Positions 39,424 to 51,590 of a DNA stretch of 64,000 nt are shown here, piece after piece (position 1 is the first letter of the stretch; every line of letters begins with the position of its first letter). Both the position numbers and the translations under genes were made by a program. The DNA comes from Eledone cirrhosa. Taxonomy: Eukaryota. The stretch spans positions 269,762,001 through 269,826,000 of the forward strand of contig OZ024743.1 in the NCBI GenBank assembly GCA_964016885.1. Direction: 5' to 3'. The notes under the pieces were generated by a model, which did no database searches, was not told the DNA's origin, and saw only the letters and a list, made by a program, of their open reading frames with translations.

Positions 39424-42400
39424 ATTTCTTTATTAGCCACAAGGGCGCACAAGAAAAGGGGACAAAACAAGGACGGGATTTTACATACAATCGGTAACAC
39501 TGCCAGGCCAGGTACCTTTGGAAGTTGTCCATAGGTCCCGGGCGGAAAGTCCTACCAAACAGACTGGTGAGTTCGTCGTCTTCGACGCCTAGAGTCTCTC
39601 CGAGCACGTCGTCGCCCTTGCGACGTACTATCCCTCTATAGAATGTCGAAGTGGAGTCTCCACTGATTGCCGTGCGCGCTTGACAGAGGACTGTGAGCGC
39701 CTGAGCGCATTCAATGTGCCAGGCGCCCATCTTCTTTGGTCTCCGCTTGACCCAGGACTGCAGTTCCGTTAGCGAGATAAGTTGCAGGAAGGCCTGTCTC
39801 CCAAACGGTGGCCACACCGGTTGGGGATCGTTGAGGAATACCTGTACATGGCGTAGCCTCAGCGCATGCTTGCGCATCATCAGCCACGGCATTCCCAGCC
39901 CTCCGTTGGAAGGATGCTGACAGCAGACGGATCTCCTCACCAGTAGAGCCTGCTTCTTCCAAAGGAATTGGAAGAGCATCCGTTCCACCTTGGTGAGGTG
40001 TTCACGGAGACAAGGCACGACGGTCAAGCGGTAGTAGGTGACGGGCGCTATGAAAGTGTTCGCCACCTCCGCTCGACCTTTCAGGGATAGTTTGCACTCT
40101 GGCCACTTCTGGGTGAGCGCAAATACTTTGGCCGTGACCTCATTCCAGCTTTTCTCCACCTGAAGGTCCGGACCAAACCAGACCCTGGGCAATTTCACCG
40201 GTCCGACCTTCCAGCGTCCGACGGCGCTGTCGGACGGCATCGGTTTGCCTCTCCACGTTCCGAGTTGCAAACCGACAGACTTATCCGGGTTCAGTTTTGC
40301 TCCTGTGAGCCTTTCGTATTCCTGCAGTAAGTTGCCGATCTCCCCGATTTCCGAGCTTTCCGACACCATTACTGTCACGTCGTCGGCATAAGCTGACAGC
40401 GCTTTCAGCAGTCCCGGTTCCAACGGGATGCCCTGCAGCAGCTCCAACTTCTGCGGTAGTGGCTCTAGATTCAGTACGTACAGAATGGAGGAGAGAGGGC
40501 ATCCCTGTCGGATGGAAAGCGTGATTGCGAACGGCTCCGATAGGTAGCTGTTTACCTTGACCATCGAGCAGATGTTGGTGTGCATTGCGGTGACCCAGCC
40601 TCCGAAGATGGGTCCGAAACCGGCCGCCTTGAGAACCGCTTCCAAGTACCGATGGTCGACCCTATCGAACGCCTTAGACTGTTCTAAATTGATCAGAACC
40701 CCACCGAAGCCGGGTTTACACCCCACCCTCTCTAAGATGTATCGCATGAGGTGGAGGTTGTCGTATATGAACCTGGTCGGGATTGCACACGTTTGCGCTT
40801 TCCCTAGCAGGTTCTCGACGACAAACGCCAACCTCGTTGCCAACACCTTGGCCAAAATCTTTAACGCTGTGTTGAGCAGAGTTATGAGCCTAAAGTTGAT
40901 CGTCCCCCTTGATCTCGTCTTTCCTGATCAGCGTTACTACGCCCCTGCCTACAGAACTGGAAATTCTCCATTTCTGCTGCCAGTTGCAGTAGACCGCCTC
41001 GAGGACGCCAGAGAACAAGTCAGGCATGCCTATGTAAAACTCATAGCGTAGACCATCTAGACCGGGTGATTTGCGTTTCCGGCAACGGCCCAGAGCGTCC
41101 CGTATGTCAGTGGCTGTGATCGGTCTTTCGCAGAACTCGGCGTCCATGCTCGAGAGACGCGGCAGACCGTCGAGGTATGAACCGAAGTCCATTGCCCCGT
41201 TCGACGCACCGCCACTCTGCTCGAACAGTTGCGCAAAGTGCCGCTGAAAGGCCGCGCACATCCACTTGGGGTCAAGTAGCACGCGTCCATTGTGGTCTTT
41301 CAAAGACCGAATCGTGGACTTGTTGCCACTTTTTACCTCTGCCACCCGGGCCCAGCTAACAGCTTTCGCTCCCTCGTTTTCTAGAGCACGCGATTTACTT
41401 CTGACCCCGCAGCCTTCGTGTTTCGCTTCGAAGAACTGGTCCAGTGCCATTCTCGTTGCTAGCACTCTAGCTACGTTGCCACTCCTAAGCGCCTCCTCTA
41501 CGTTGGTTACTAGTTCCGTTTCTGTTTTGATTTTCTCTAAGGCTAACTCTCTGCTAAATTCTATCGACTCTACTCTAATTGCTTCCTTGAGGGAGTACCA
41601 CAAATCTATTGTTGACGATGGCTCCCGCCAATTGTTGCTTAACTAATCAACTTATCCGTTCACTGTAGGCTTTACGTGGCGGTAGTTTCCAGTATCCGGG
41701 TCCTTGTCTATGTATTCTATCACGGTTGACTATGCAGATGACTAGTTTGTGATCTGAATAGGTAACCATGTGCATTTGTGGATAGCTTAACATCTTCTTA
41801 TCTCTCTCTCTAATAAAGAACCTGTCTAAATACGATCTAGATGTCCCGCTGCGGTTTGTCCACGTCTACTGTGGTGCAGTCGGGAAATCTAGTCGATAAA
41901 TATCGGCCAGTTGGAATTGGCCGATTAAATTTGTGAGGCTGTTGCACACCCCTCTACTGGGACATGATCCTACATAGTCCAATCGTGCGTCTAGGATACC
42001 ATTCCAGTCCCCCACTAAAAACAAGGAACGCGACGTTCCCAGAAAAGACTCTAGACGCTTAAAGAAGTCTGGCCGCGATTGCCCAGTCGGGGCATAAACG
42101 GCCACCTGTCAGAAGGCTCCACCTCCAACACTGTTCACGTCTAGGACTACCAGTCTACCCCTCGGGTTCAAGTGTACTTGCTGTACTTCGATGTCCAGGT
42201 TTTACCAAAACATGAGAGCCCCCCCCCCTCCCCTCCACCTTCTGGCTGACAGAGAGATGCGTAGATCTCAAAGTCATTGAAGATGGGGGTTAGTGCTGCC
42301 TGTTGTGGATCCTGGACTCGGTGATGGCTATCACATCCATACCGTGTGACCTAAGGTGGTTTAAAAGTTGGCCCTGTTTCCAGGGCATCCTTAGGCCACG

Positions 42401-43720
42401 CACATTCACACTTCCAACACGTAAATTAGCCATCTTGGTGGAGAAGAGTTGGCGAAAAAGGATGAAAAGATGCACTTACCTTTTCGTTTCCTGGAGATCG
42501 GGTTGTTCAATCTCCATTTGGATGCTGGTGGGGGTGTTGAGTGGGGTGGGGAAACATTTTAATAGGACGCGGTTAATGGGCTTTTGACAGGGGTTGCCAA
42601 CGTCCTGCGAAAATTGTTCTTTTAATTTCTGATAGGTTTCTATCGAAACCCTTATTAGTTTTAGGTGTGGTTGAGAGTCTGCCTTGACAAAAGTTTTCCC
42701 CTCAGTTTCTACTTTGGGGTCTTGGGAGATGACCTCCATTAGGTTTTGTTGTTTGTGTTAATCTATGTGTATTGTTTGTTTTTTTTGTTGTGTTGTTTTG
42801 GTTTGTTGTTCATTTTGTAGTTTTCTTTTTATTGTGGGCATTTGTGTTTGGGGTGGTGTTGGTGTTTGTTTTGCTGTGTTCGTGTTCGTGATTGTTGTTT
42901 TGGTGGCTTTGCGGTATCTGTTTTTTTTCCAAGGCTCTCCTTCATCTTCACTTGGGAATGGAGAAGTAGCCTCGTCTGGTGATGAATCGTCATCAGGGGC
43001 ATATGGGAGGGGTATGTTGTGTGGTGATGGTGTGTTTGTGTGTGTGATTGTGGTAGTGTTGGATGGAGTGGGATGCGGTGGGACTGTGTTTTTCAGGGGA
43101 ATTGTTTGTGTTTTTTGTGTTGTTTGTGGTTGAACAGTTGTTTGTTTTTGTGTGTTTGCTTGTTTTGTGTGTTGTTGTTGTGGTTTTGGAGATGGTGTTG
43201 GTGTTGGTAAAAGTACTTTTTTTGGGGGGGGGAGGTTCGAAAGAGGGGACAGGAGGCCTTTAAATGCGATGTGCTTGCGCATTTAAAACAATGTGGCCTT
43301 CCCTCTTCTGCCGAAATGTGTATATAGATTGTATTGTCTACTGGCACCCTTTCTGGTATCTTTGAAATTCTGTCCGGTTTCATTTGGACCAAAATTTCCA
43401 AGCTTGTGCCATTCCAGGTTTTTCTTGTGGATTTTTGAATCGACAATATTGTGTCTTCATCCTCCTCCAAGTACCCTGCCAGATGTTAATGCTGGGTGTT
43501 ATATTGGTAATGTTCATTTTTTTGTGTTCTTTTTCCCATGTATGTAGGGAAAAAGGTGTGTGTGGCAGAGGTGACCGGGGTCACTGAATTTTTTTCTCAA
43601 GGGCCCCACTTTTGAAGAGCACCGAAATGCTTCCATATAGTTTAGCCCTTTGTATGAATTGTTTGTCTGGCATTGCCTCTTTCAAGACGATTTCAATTTC
43701 GTCTTGAGTAAGGAAAGCCG
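39424..43720 (-). mobile_element. Second L1/Tx1-clade LINE, decayed ORF1 (42476-43720) and ORF2 (about 39495-42433)
   Basis: CFKCASTSHLKASCP knuckle; MANLRVGSVNVRGL, VYAPTG, LVGDWN, KSPGLDGL, SKAFDRVDH, RQGCPLS, AYADD; 3' end cccttgtggctAATAAAgaaat. Confidence 0.9.
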
Positions 43721-43974
43721 TTTTTTTTTGTTTGTTCAAAATCGTGCGAAAAATCACTGGAGAGATTAAGAAATAGATACAACACAACAATAAAGTGAAA
43801 GATAAATAGACAATAGATACATAGCCTGATAAATAGAAAGGCAGACGGACGGTTATCAAGAGAGATAATTAATCTGGAATTGCTGGTGAAACCCCGTTGG
43901 GGTCCCGGCTCTTTATAGTACACCAAGTACTGAGTTGAGTATTGGTCTAACCAGTTTCAAACTGAATCTACCCG

Positions 43975-44014
<40 letters not shown>

Positions 44015-44022
<8 letters not shown>

Positions 44023-44310
44023 AAAAGAAAAATCAGTGATGCATCTGAACTCAATTTATTGTGTATTACAATTGTTTCGCCGGCGGACAGCTCGAGACGC
44101 GATCATTGTGTGGGTCCAGAATGAAACAGATCCACACAGTGATCGCGTCTCGAGCTGTCCGCCGGCGAAACAATTGTAACACACAATAAATTGAGTTCAG
44201 ATGCATCACTGATTTTCCGTTTTATATTATATCATACTCTGCTCTGTAAGAGCATAGAGTGCTCAACCGGCAGCATACCGCCTATGGAAGCATCGTAGCT
44301 ACCATCCGAC
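44015..44310 (+). mobile_element. Fold-back element: about 105-bp arm hairpin (44015-44232) plus short tail
   Basis: aatcagtgatgcatctgaactc...gagacgcgatca / tgatcgcgtctc...gagttcagatgcatcactgatt; contains cGAAAcaattgta; the tail has an actct...agagt hairpin like the 2426 family. Confidence 0.8.
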
Positions 44311-44361
44311 ACACACACACACACATATATATATATATTTATATATATACATGTGTATCTA

Positions 44362-44470
<109 letters not shown>

Positions 44471-45043
44471 AGCGGGAGATGTAAGTAGGCAGGAAGATAA
44501 ATAGACAGACAGATAATTATACGTATCTATCTGTTTGTTAGTGCTTAGTGGGCACACAAGAAAACCTATCTTCGTGAATCAATTATGGAAGAGAGAAGCA
44601 AAATGGATAGCAAAATAACTTAATACATATGAACATCCTACTGTTAATAATAATAACAATAATAATAATATTAAATTCATGTATCAGTCCATTTCATTGA
44701 GATGATTTTTCTTTATCTTTCTTTCTTTCAATTTTCCTTTCGTCTTTTTGTTCGCGGTTGACTTTGGCTCTTAGCTAAAGGCAAGATGGAAGTTTATAAT
44801 AAAGCTTTCGTTTTCGCCAATTTTAAAACACGGCCTTCTTACATATTTCAGTTAAGTAAGGGCGCCTACTGGCTTAGCTACTCGGCACAGCAAAACTGTA
44901 AAAGGAATCACAGCTGGACATTAGACTGTCCAGAAGCCACTTTCAAATATGAACAGCACCACACAAACGCTTCCGCTCTTCACATTTACCTTTCATTACT
45001 GCTTTCCTTACTTCCATTCTTTTATCTCTATCTATCTTTCTTT

Positions 45044-45121
<78 letters not shown>

Positions 45122-45194
45122 GTATATATATATGTATATATATATGTATATATATATGTATATATATATATGTATGTATATATATATGTATATA

Positions 45195-45237
<43 letters not shown>

Positions 45238-45241
45238 TATA

Positions 45242-45339
<98 letters not shown>

Positions 45340-46211
45340 CATATATATGTTGGTTATTTAGTTGCAATTTAAGTTTCATTTTAACGTTATTCGAATCTTC
45401 ATCCGCTTCCCATTGTCATGCGCATCATCAACACCATCATCTTCACCGCCATCATCATCGTCATATTTGTGTTCGCTGTCAATGCCTTCATTATTTGCAG
45501 CTTCTGATTGTTATCATTTTTCTTTTTCTTCCTCTTCTTCTCCCTCTAGCCTGTGACGAAGTAGCAGAATCGCCCACATTAGAAAGGCTTGCTGTATCTA
45601 TTTATACGCGTCTCTAAACATTCTGTGTTCGAATTCAGTTGATGTCAACTTAACGTTTCGTCTCCATGACTAACAAGGTTGATAACAAAAAGTACCAGTA
45701 ATATACTGGAGTGGATGGATTCAAATATATGTATCAGCTATGCCACAAATTGTTTGTTCAAAATCGTGCGAAAAATCACTGGAGAGATTCACCGAATCAC
45801 CATAGAAATCAAGTTAACGGTGTCGTCTCTGTGGAATACTCAAGCACTTTCATGCTCAGCCTGGAGTTCGACGTTCAGTTGATTGAACAATTAATGCTCA
45901 TTGTAGAAACTGACGGGTTACCCCTCATTATAATCGTTCATAAGATAAATAAACCTGTGAAATTATGGGTATGATATAATCTACCACACCCTCTCGCCTA
46001 AAATTTCTGAATATGACTGTAATAGAATTCTTTATTAATTTTACTTTGAAACCTTCATGAAATTAAATGCAACTTGCACAGTGAATCTATGTTCCCTTAA
46101 CTCTTGATGTCGTAGGGTCGCCGTCATAACATACTAACAACACCTTGTGGAGCCCATCCCACTCCAGGTCTGAAGTAAAGAGAGAAAGAGAGAGAGAGAG
46201 AGAGAGGGGGG

Positions 46212-46269
<58 letters not shown>

Positions 46270-46297
46270 GAGGGGGGAGATATATATATATATATAT

Positions 46298-46368
<71 letters not shown>

Positions 46369-46547
46369 ATTAGAGGGACAGAGCGCTGGGGAGTGATATA
46401 GAGGAAGAATCGACACAGTGAAAGGTGGGGTTTGAATTCAGATGACATAAAGCCAGAACGAGTACCGCAAAGCATTTTATCGACGTTCTAACAATTCTAC
46501 CTGTTCAACGTCTATATATATTAATTAATATTAATGTTGTGTCGATG

Positions 46548-46724
46548 GATTGGCAGTATCGGTAGAGGGTCGGACGCCATGCTTTCCAGCATAGTTACGT
46601 CCCTTTACGATCTGAGTTCAAATCCTGCCGAGGTTGACTTTGCCTTTCATCCTTACGGGGTCGATAAAATAAAGTACCAGTAATGCACTGGTTAATTGCT
46701 GGCTTTGTGCCTAAAGTAGAAACA
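46548..46724 (+). mobile_element. tRNA-derived SINE with 18-bp TSD
   Basis: attaatgttgtgtcgatg at 46530-46547 and 46725-46742; B-box gagttcaaatcc. Confidence 0.88.
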
Positions 46725-47449
46725 ATTAATGTTGTGTCGATGCAATCGAAGTAAACTCTCCAAAATTCCTTCGAAATGCATGGACTGCTCTTAAGACAAA
46801 TTCCTTATTAAAAGCAGAATTGAGTTAAAGTTGAATTAGATAGTTACTTGATAGACTATTTATGTTTCCCACACCCAGCTATTTTAACTTCTGGTTTAGA
46901 ATCTGAGTCAGCTCAACTTTAACTATTAGTTCAGTGGTTTTGAATGAATTAAGTACCATTAATATACTCGTCCGGTTCCAGTTCAAATAAAATTTCCCAT
47001 ATAAAGAAGATGTGATAAAAAATTATTCATTATTTAAAGTAGTGTAGGACTGAAGTTAGATGAGAGTAGAATACTGAATTAGAATTATTAAAACAGTTGA
47101 CTTCCATTACTCTTAGTTTGTGAGTTCAAATTCCATGTAGTATCAATTATGTTTTCCTCTCTTGGGGATTGATATTAAAGATAATTACTATTAGATTGAC
47201 ATTTAAATTAATTAATTAAAAGATATCAACACGCTGCAGCCTTTCAGAGATCAGATTTCGATTTAGAAATGCACCCAAATCATTTTAACGAACCCTGCAA
47301 AGTATTATTCAACAGAGTCGGGAGAATGTGTTAGCAGATTAAGTGCACCAATCTTAACTTTGCTCCAGACATCCTGCAATAGTAAGTTTGTAAATATATT
47401 CAGTCAAGAATGATTTGGGTGCATTTCTAAATATATTATAAAAGCTAAT

Positions 47450-49370
47450 GAGCGCTTAGCGATCTTTACTTGAAGCGATCTTCACCTGGAGCGAGGCGAT
47501 CTTCACTACGGACTCGGTCGTTAGTCGGATGCGTCCTGAACATGAAAATAGCAGTTCGAAAAAATTATACAAGTCAGTAATGCACGGACACAGGACGACT
47601 GGGTGCAGAACGGTTTCTGCGCATCTCGAACAGGCCCGTCTGATCACACGTCTATGCCTGTAGATATTATCTTGAACCAGCAGTGCCCTCTAGTAGCACT
47701 ACCAGGCCAGGGATTTCTAGAGGTTGTCCATAATCCGCATCTCGAAAATTCTCCGGAGCAGACTATCAGTTCGAAGCCTCTCCAAAAACGTTACCACACT
47801 TACCCACCACTAGCTCTCTATAAAACGCTAGAGTGGAATTTTTACTGACCACATTGCCCGACTGGTACCTAGCAAGATTCCAGGTGTCAGGCGCTAGTCT
47901 CGGTATTCGCTTGACTCATAAATGCTGTCCACTCAAAGAGACGAGTTGCGGAAAGAATTGTCTCACAAAAGGCGACCACGCCTGTTCAGCGTTTAGAAAT
48001 ATCTGGAGATACCTTAGCCTCAGCGCATATTTACGCATCAGCAGTCACAGCATGCCCAGCCATCCGCGTTAAGGCTGTTTGTAGCAGATGGATTGCCTCA
48101 CCAATGGAAACTGTCCCCTCCTCAAGAGGTTGAAGAGCAGAATTTCCGATTCAGCGAGGCCTGAACGGGCAAAAGGCATGACGATATGGCAGTAGTAGAT
48201 AACGGAGGCGATGGTCGTGTTCGTGACCTCCACCCGACGCTTCAGAGCTAGATTCCTCTCGGTCTATTTCAGGGTGAATGTGGCCACCTTTCTCGTTACT
48301 TCGTCTCAGTTCTTATTCACCCGGATGTCTCGGCTAAACCAGACCCCGAGCAACTTCACTGGTCTGTCCATCGAGCGTCCGATGAAGCTATTGAATGTCA
48401 TGGATTTGCCTATCCCTCTGTCGAGCTGGAAAACTAACGTTTTTTTTCGGGTTGAGCTTTCCTCCCGTCATCCTTTCATATTCCTCTAAGAAGGTGCCGA
48501 CCACCTCGATTTTCGAGGCGTTCGATACCATTAGTGACGTCGTCCGCATATGAGACATATCCCTATCATGTTTCGGTTCGAGAGAGATACCCTGCAACAG
48601 CACCAGCTTCCGCATAGAAAGGAAGAGTGAGAGCATTCTTGACTGATCGAGCATATGATTTGAAGCGGTCCAATAGGTGGCCAATGACTTTAACTACCAA
48701 GCAGATGCTGCTGCATATCGCAGCGATCCATCCTCTGAAGAAGGGACCCAAGCCAGTTGCTTTAAGTACAGTGTCCATATATCGATGATCAACACTATCG
48801 AAATCTTTCGATTGATCCGAATTGATCAGAGTCCCACCGAAGCAAAGATTACTCCCTACCCTCTCTATGATGTCTCGCATGAGGTGGTGGTAGTCGTGCA
48901 TGGACCTGGTCGGGATTGCACTCAGCTGCATCTCCCCTACCAGGCTCTCGATGACAAGCGCCAACCTCGTTCCTTCGCCAAAATCTTAACCTCCGTGTTT
49001 AGCAGTGTTATAGGCCAGAAGTTATCTAAAATGTCCCTTTGTTCTGGTCCTTCTTCATCAGCGTTATTACGCCCCGACTTACAGAACAGGGAATTTTCCC
49101 GTTCTGCTGCGAGTTGCAGTGGGCGGCTTCGAGGAGACCGGAGAACAAGTCTGGTATATCTACGTTAAAGTCATAGGGTTGATTAACCAAACCGGGTGAA
49201 TTTCGCCTCATACAATCGGCCAGGCCTCCCGATACTCGGCTGATGTTATCGGCTTTTTACAGCACTTCGCATCAATCCTAGAGAATGGTGACAGGCCGTC
49301 GAAATAGGAACTGAAGTCTACCACTGTCTCCGACGTCCCGCTCTCCCCTAACATTCGAGCAAATATTGTT
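47450..49370 (-). pseudogene. Third, heavily decayed L1/Tx1 ORF2 fragment (RT to C-terminal Cys region)
   Basis: NSPGL, SDQSKDFDSVDHRY, and RACSRCAETVLHPVVLCP; many stops and frameshifts. Confidence 0.85.
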
Positions 49371-49477
49371 CATGTCGTTTTTGTCAGTAATGCTAGTATT
49401 TTTGTTACATTTTTTGTTGTTGATGTGATGGTAGCGTATCTTTCTGTGTAGTTGAGTGTATGATATACACGACTTCT

Positions 49478-50000
49478 AATGAGGGTCCAATTAGATCAGA
49501 AAATCGATTAAAGGTGTTCATCATTTTTTCAATTTACAGGGAAATTCGTATTTTCTGTCATGTTACATGTCCACATATTAGATATGTGTATCTATTTATA
49601 TACGTTGGTCTGGTCGCAGTTAGACACTCTGTATGTTTACACATATAACTTTATAACACACTTCGGTTGCTAGAACACTTCTTCCTATATATCTTAATTA
49701 ATTACCAACATGAGTGCTAATTATATGCAATTAGTACGTCTATTTCAGAATAATAGAAAGAGTGAATGAGTATATATACCGATCAGATGCATGTTTCCTT
49801 GTTTTGGGCTGGATGATATACATGCCTTCAAATGAAGGTACAATTAGATCAGAAAATCGATTAAATGTGTTTACAAGTTTTTCAGTTTTTAGGGAAATTC
49901 GTATTTTCTGGCATGTTTACATACCTATTTATTAAATTTGTGTATATATTTATATAAGTTGATGCAGTCTCGGTTATACACTGAGTTTATACAGATAAAA
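49478..50000. repeat. Diverged ~170-bp direct repeats (about 49478-49650 and 49831-50000)
   Basis: caattagatcagaaaatcgattaaa...agggaaattcgtattttctg occurs twice. Confidence 0.7.
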
Positions 50001-50017
50001 CTACACTCCTATTTACA

Positions 50018-50086
<69 letters not shown>

Positions 50087-50098
<12 letters not shown>

Positions 50099-50216
50099 GT
50101 GTACATAGGAGTATATATATATATATATATATGTACATATACACACATACACATATGTGCACACATATACACAACGCGCGTGCGCGCGCACACACAAACT
50201 TTAATCTGTTCTTATA

Positions 50217-50258
<42 letters not shown>

Positions 50259-50326
50259 AGAACAGATTAAAGTTTGTGTGTGCGTTGTGTATATGTGTGC
50301 ATATATGTGTATGTGTGTATATGTAC

Positions 50327-50370
<44 letters not shown>

Positions 50371-50456
50371 GACTTGAACATCTGAAACTACTTCGCTTTT
50401 ACTTATTCTATATATATATATATATACACTCCTATGTACACACACGCACACACACA

Positions 50457-50457
<1 letters not shown>
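50087..50457. repeat. Long imperfect palindrome centred on a (TA)n tract near 50237
   Basis: cacacaaactttaatctgttcttataat / attataagaacagattaaagtttgtgtg, extending out to gtacataggag / ctcctatgtac. Confidence 0.8.
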
Positions 50458-50496
<39 letters not shown>

Positions 50497-50849
50497 TCTC
50501 TTTATTCATTGCGTCGATTCAAGGATAGGTAAGGTGGGGGAATGAAGAAAATGGTATGGCGTGGTATGGCGTAGTTTTGAATTGTGTGGATTGTGGTGAT
50601 ATTGGGAAAATGCTGTGTATTTCTTAGTTTGGTATCGCCTAACGGAATATAAGATTTCAAGGAAATGGATACGGTTGTTGGATTCGGCTCACGTGTGGCA
50701 ATAGAATTTATATGTGCTGTGTGCAGTTCCATATATTGCTAGAGTAAGACACGGCAGACACAGAAATGCCATTGCAATATCTTGTAGTGAATCATCAGAG
50801 CCAAACGTGTGTAGAATATTAAGTGAGGCTGAAGTCACGCTGACAATGT

Positions 50850-51590
50850 GGTGAGTTGTGATTGGTTGGTGGTTGGTGGTTGGTGGATAATGGTTGGTGA
50901 CTGGTGGTTGCTGGCTTGTTCTGCTGTTGGTGGTGTTGATGGTGGTGGGTCTATTCTTGATATTGTTGTTAACGTTGCTTTTGTTGTTCTCCCTGTTATT
51001 GGTCGTGCTGATGTTGGGACTGTTAATATTGCTGTTGACGTTGATTTTGGGAATTGTAGTTGCTATAGGTGGTGATGGTGGTGGTGGTGGTGGTGATGGT
51101 GGGTGGGGGGCTAGGTGACGTTGGTTTTGGTGTTGTTGCTGATGGTGGTGGTGATATTGTTGTTGTTAGTTGCAATATTTGGGATGGTGTTGGTGTTGGT
51201 GTTGGTGGTGGTGATGTTAGTAGTAATATATGAGGTGGTGTTAATGCTGGTGGTGTTTCTGGTGATGCTAGAGGTCGTGTTGACGTTAGTAATAGTCTTT
51301 GAGGTAACGATGATGCTGTTGGTGTTGGTGGTGATGCTAGAGGGCGTGTTGATGTGAGTAAAAGTCTTTGAGGTAATATGGATGCTGGTGGTGTTGGTGG
51401 TGTTGATAGTGATGTTTGCGGTGGTGTTGATATGAATAGTATTGGTGGGGTTTGTGGTGATGTTTGAAGAGGTGTTGATGATGGTGGTTTGGGTTGTAGT
51501 GTTCGAGATGGTGTTTATAGCGGTGGTGTTGGTGGTAATGGTGGAGTGGTATTGATGTTGTTGTTGGTGGTGGTGGTGGTAGGGTTGAAT
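50850..51590. repeat. Degenerate (GGT/GTT/GAT)n low-complexity lead-in to the satellite
   Basis: Trinucleotide-periodic, C-poor sequence that progressively resembles the 39-mer. Confidence 0.8.
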
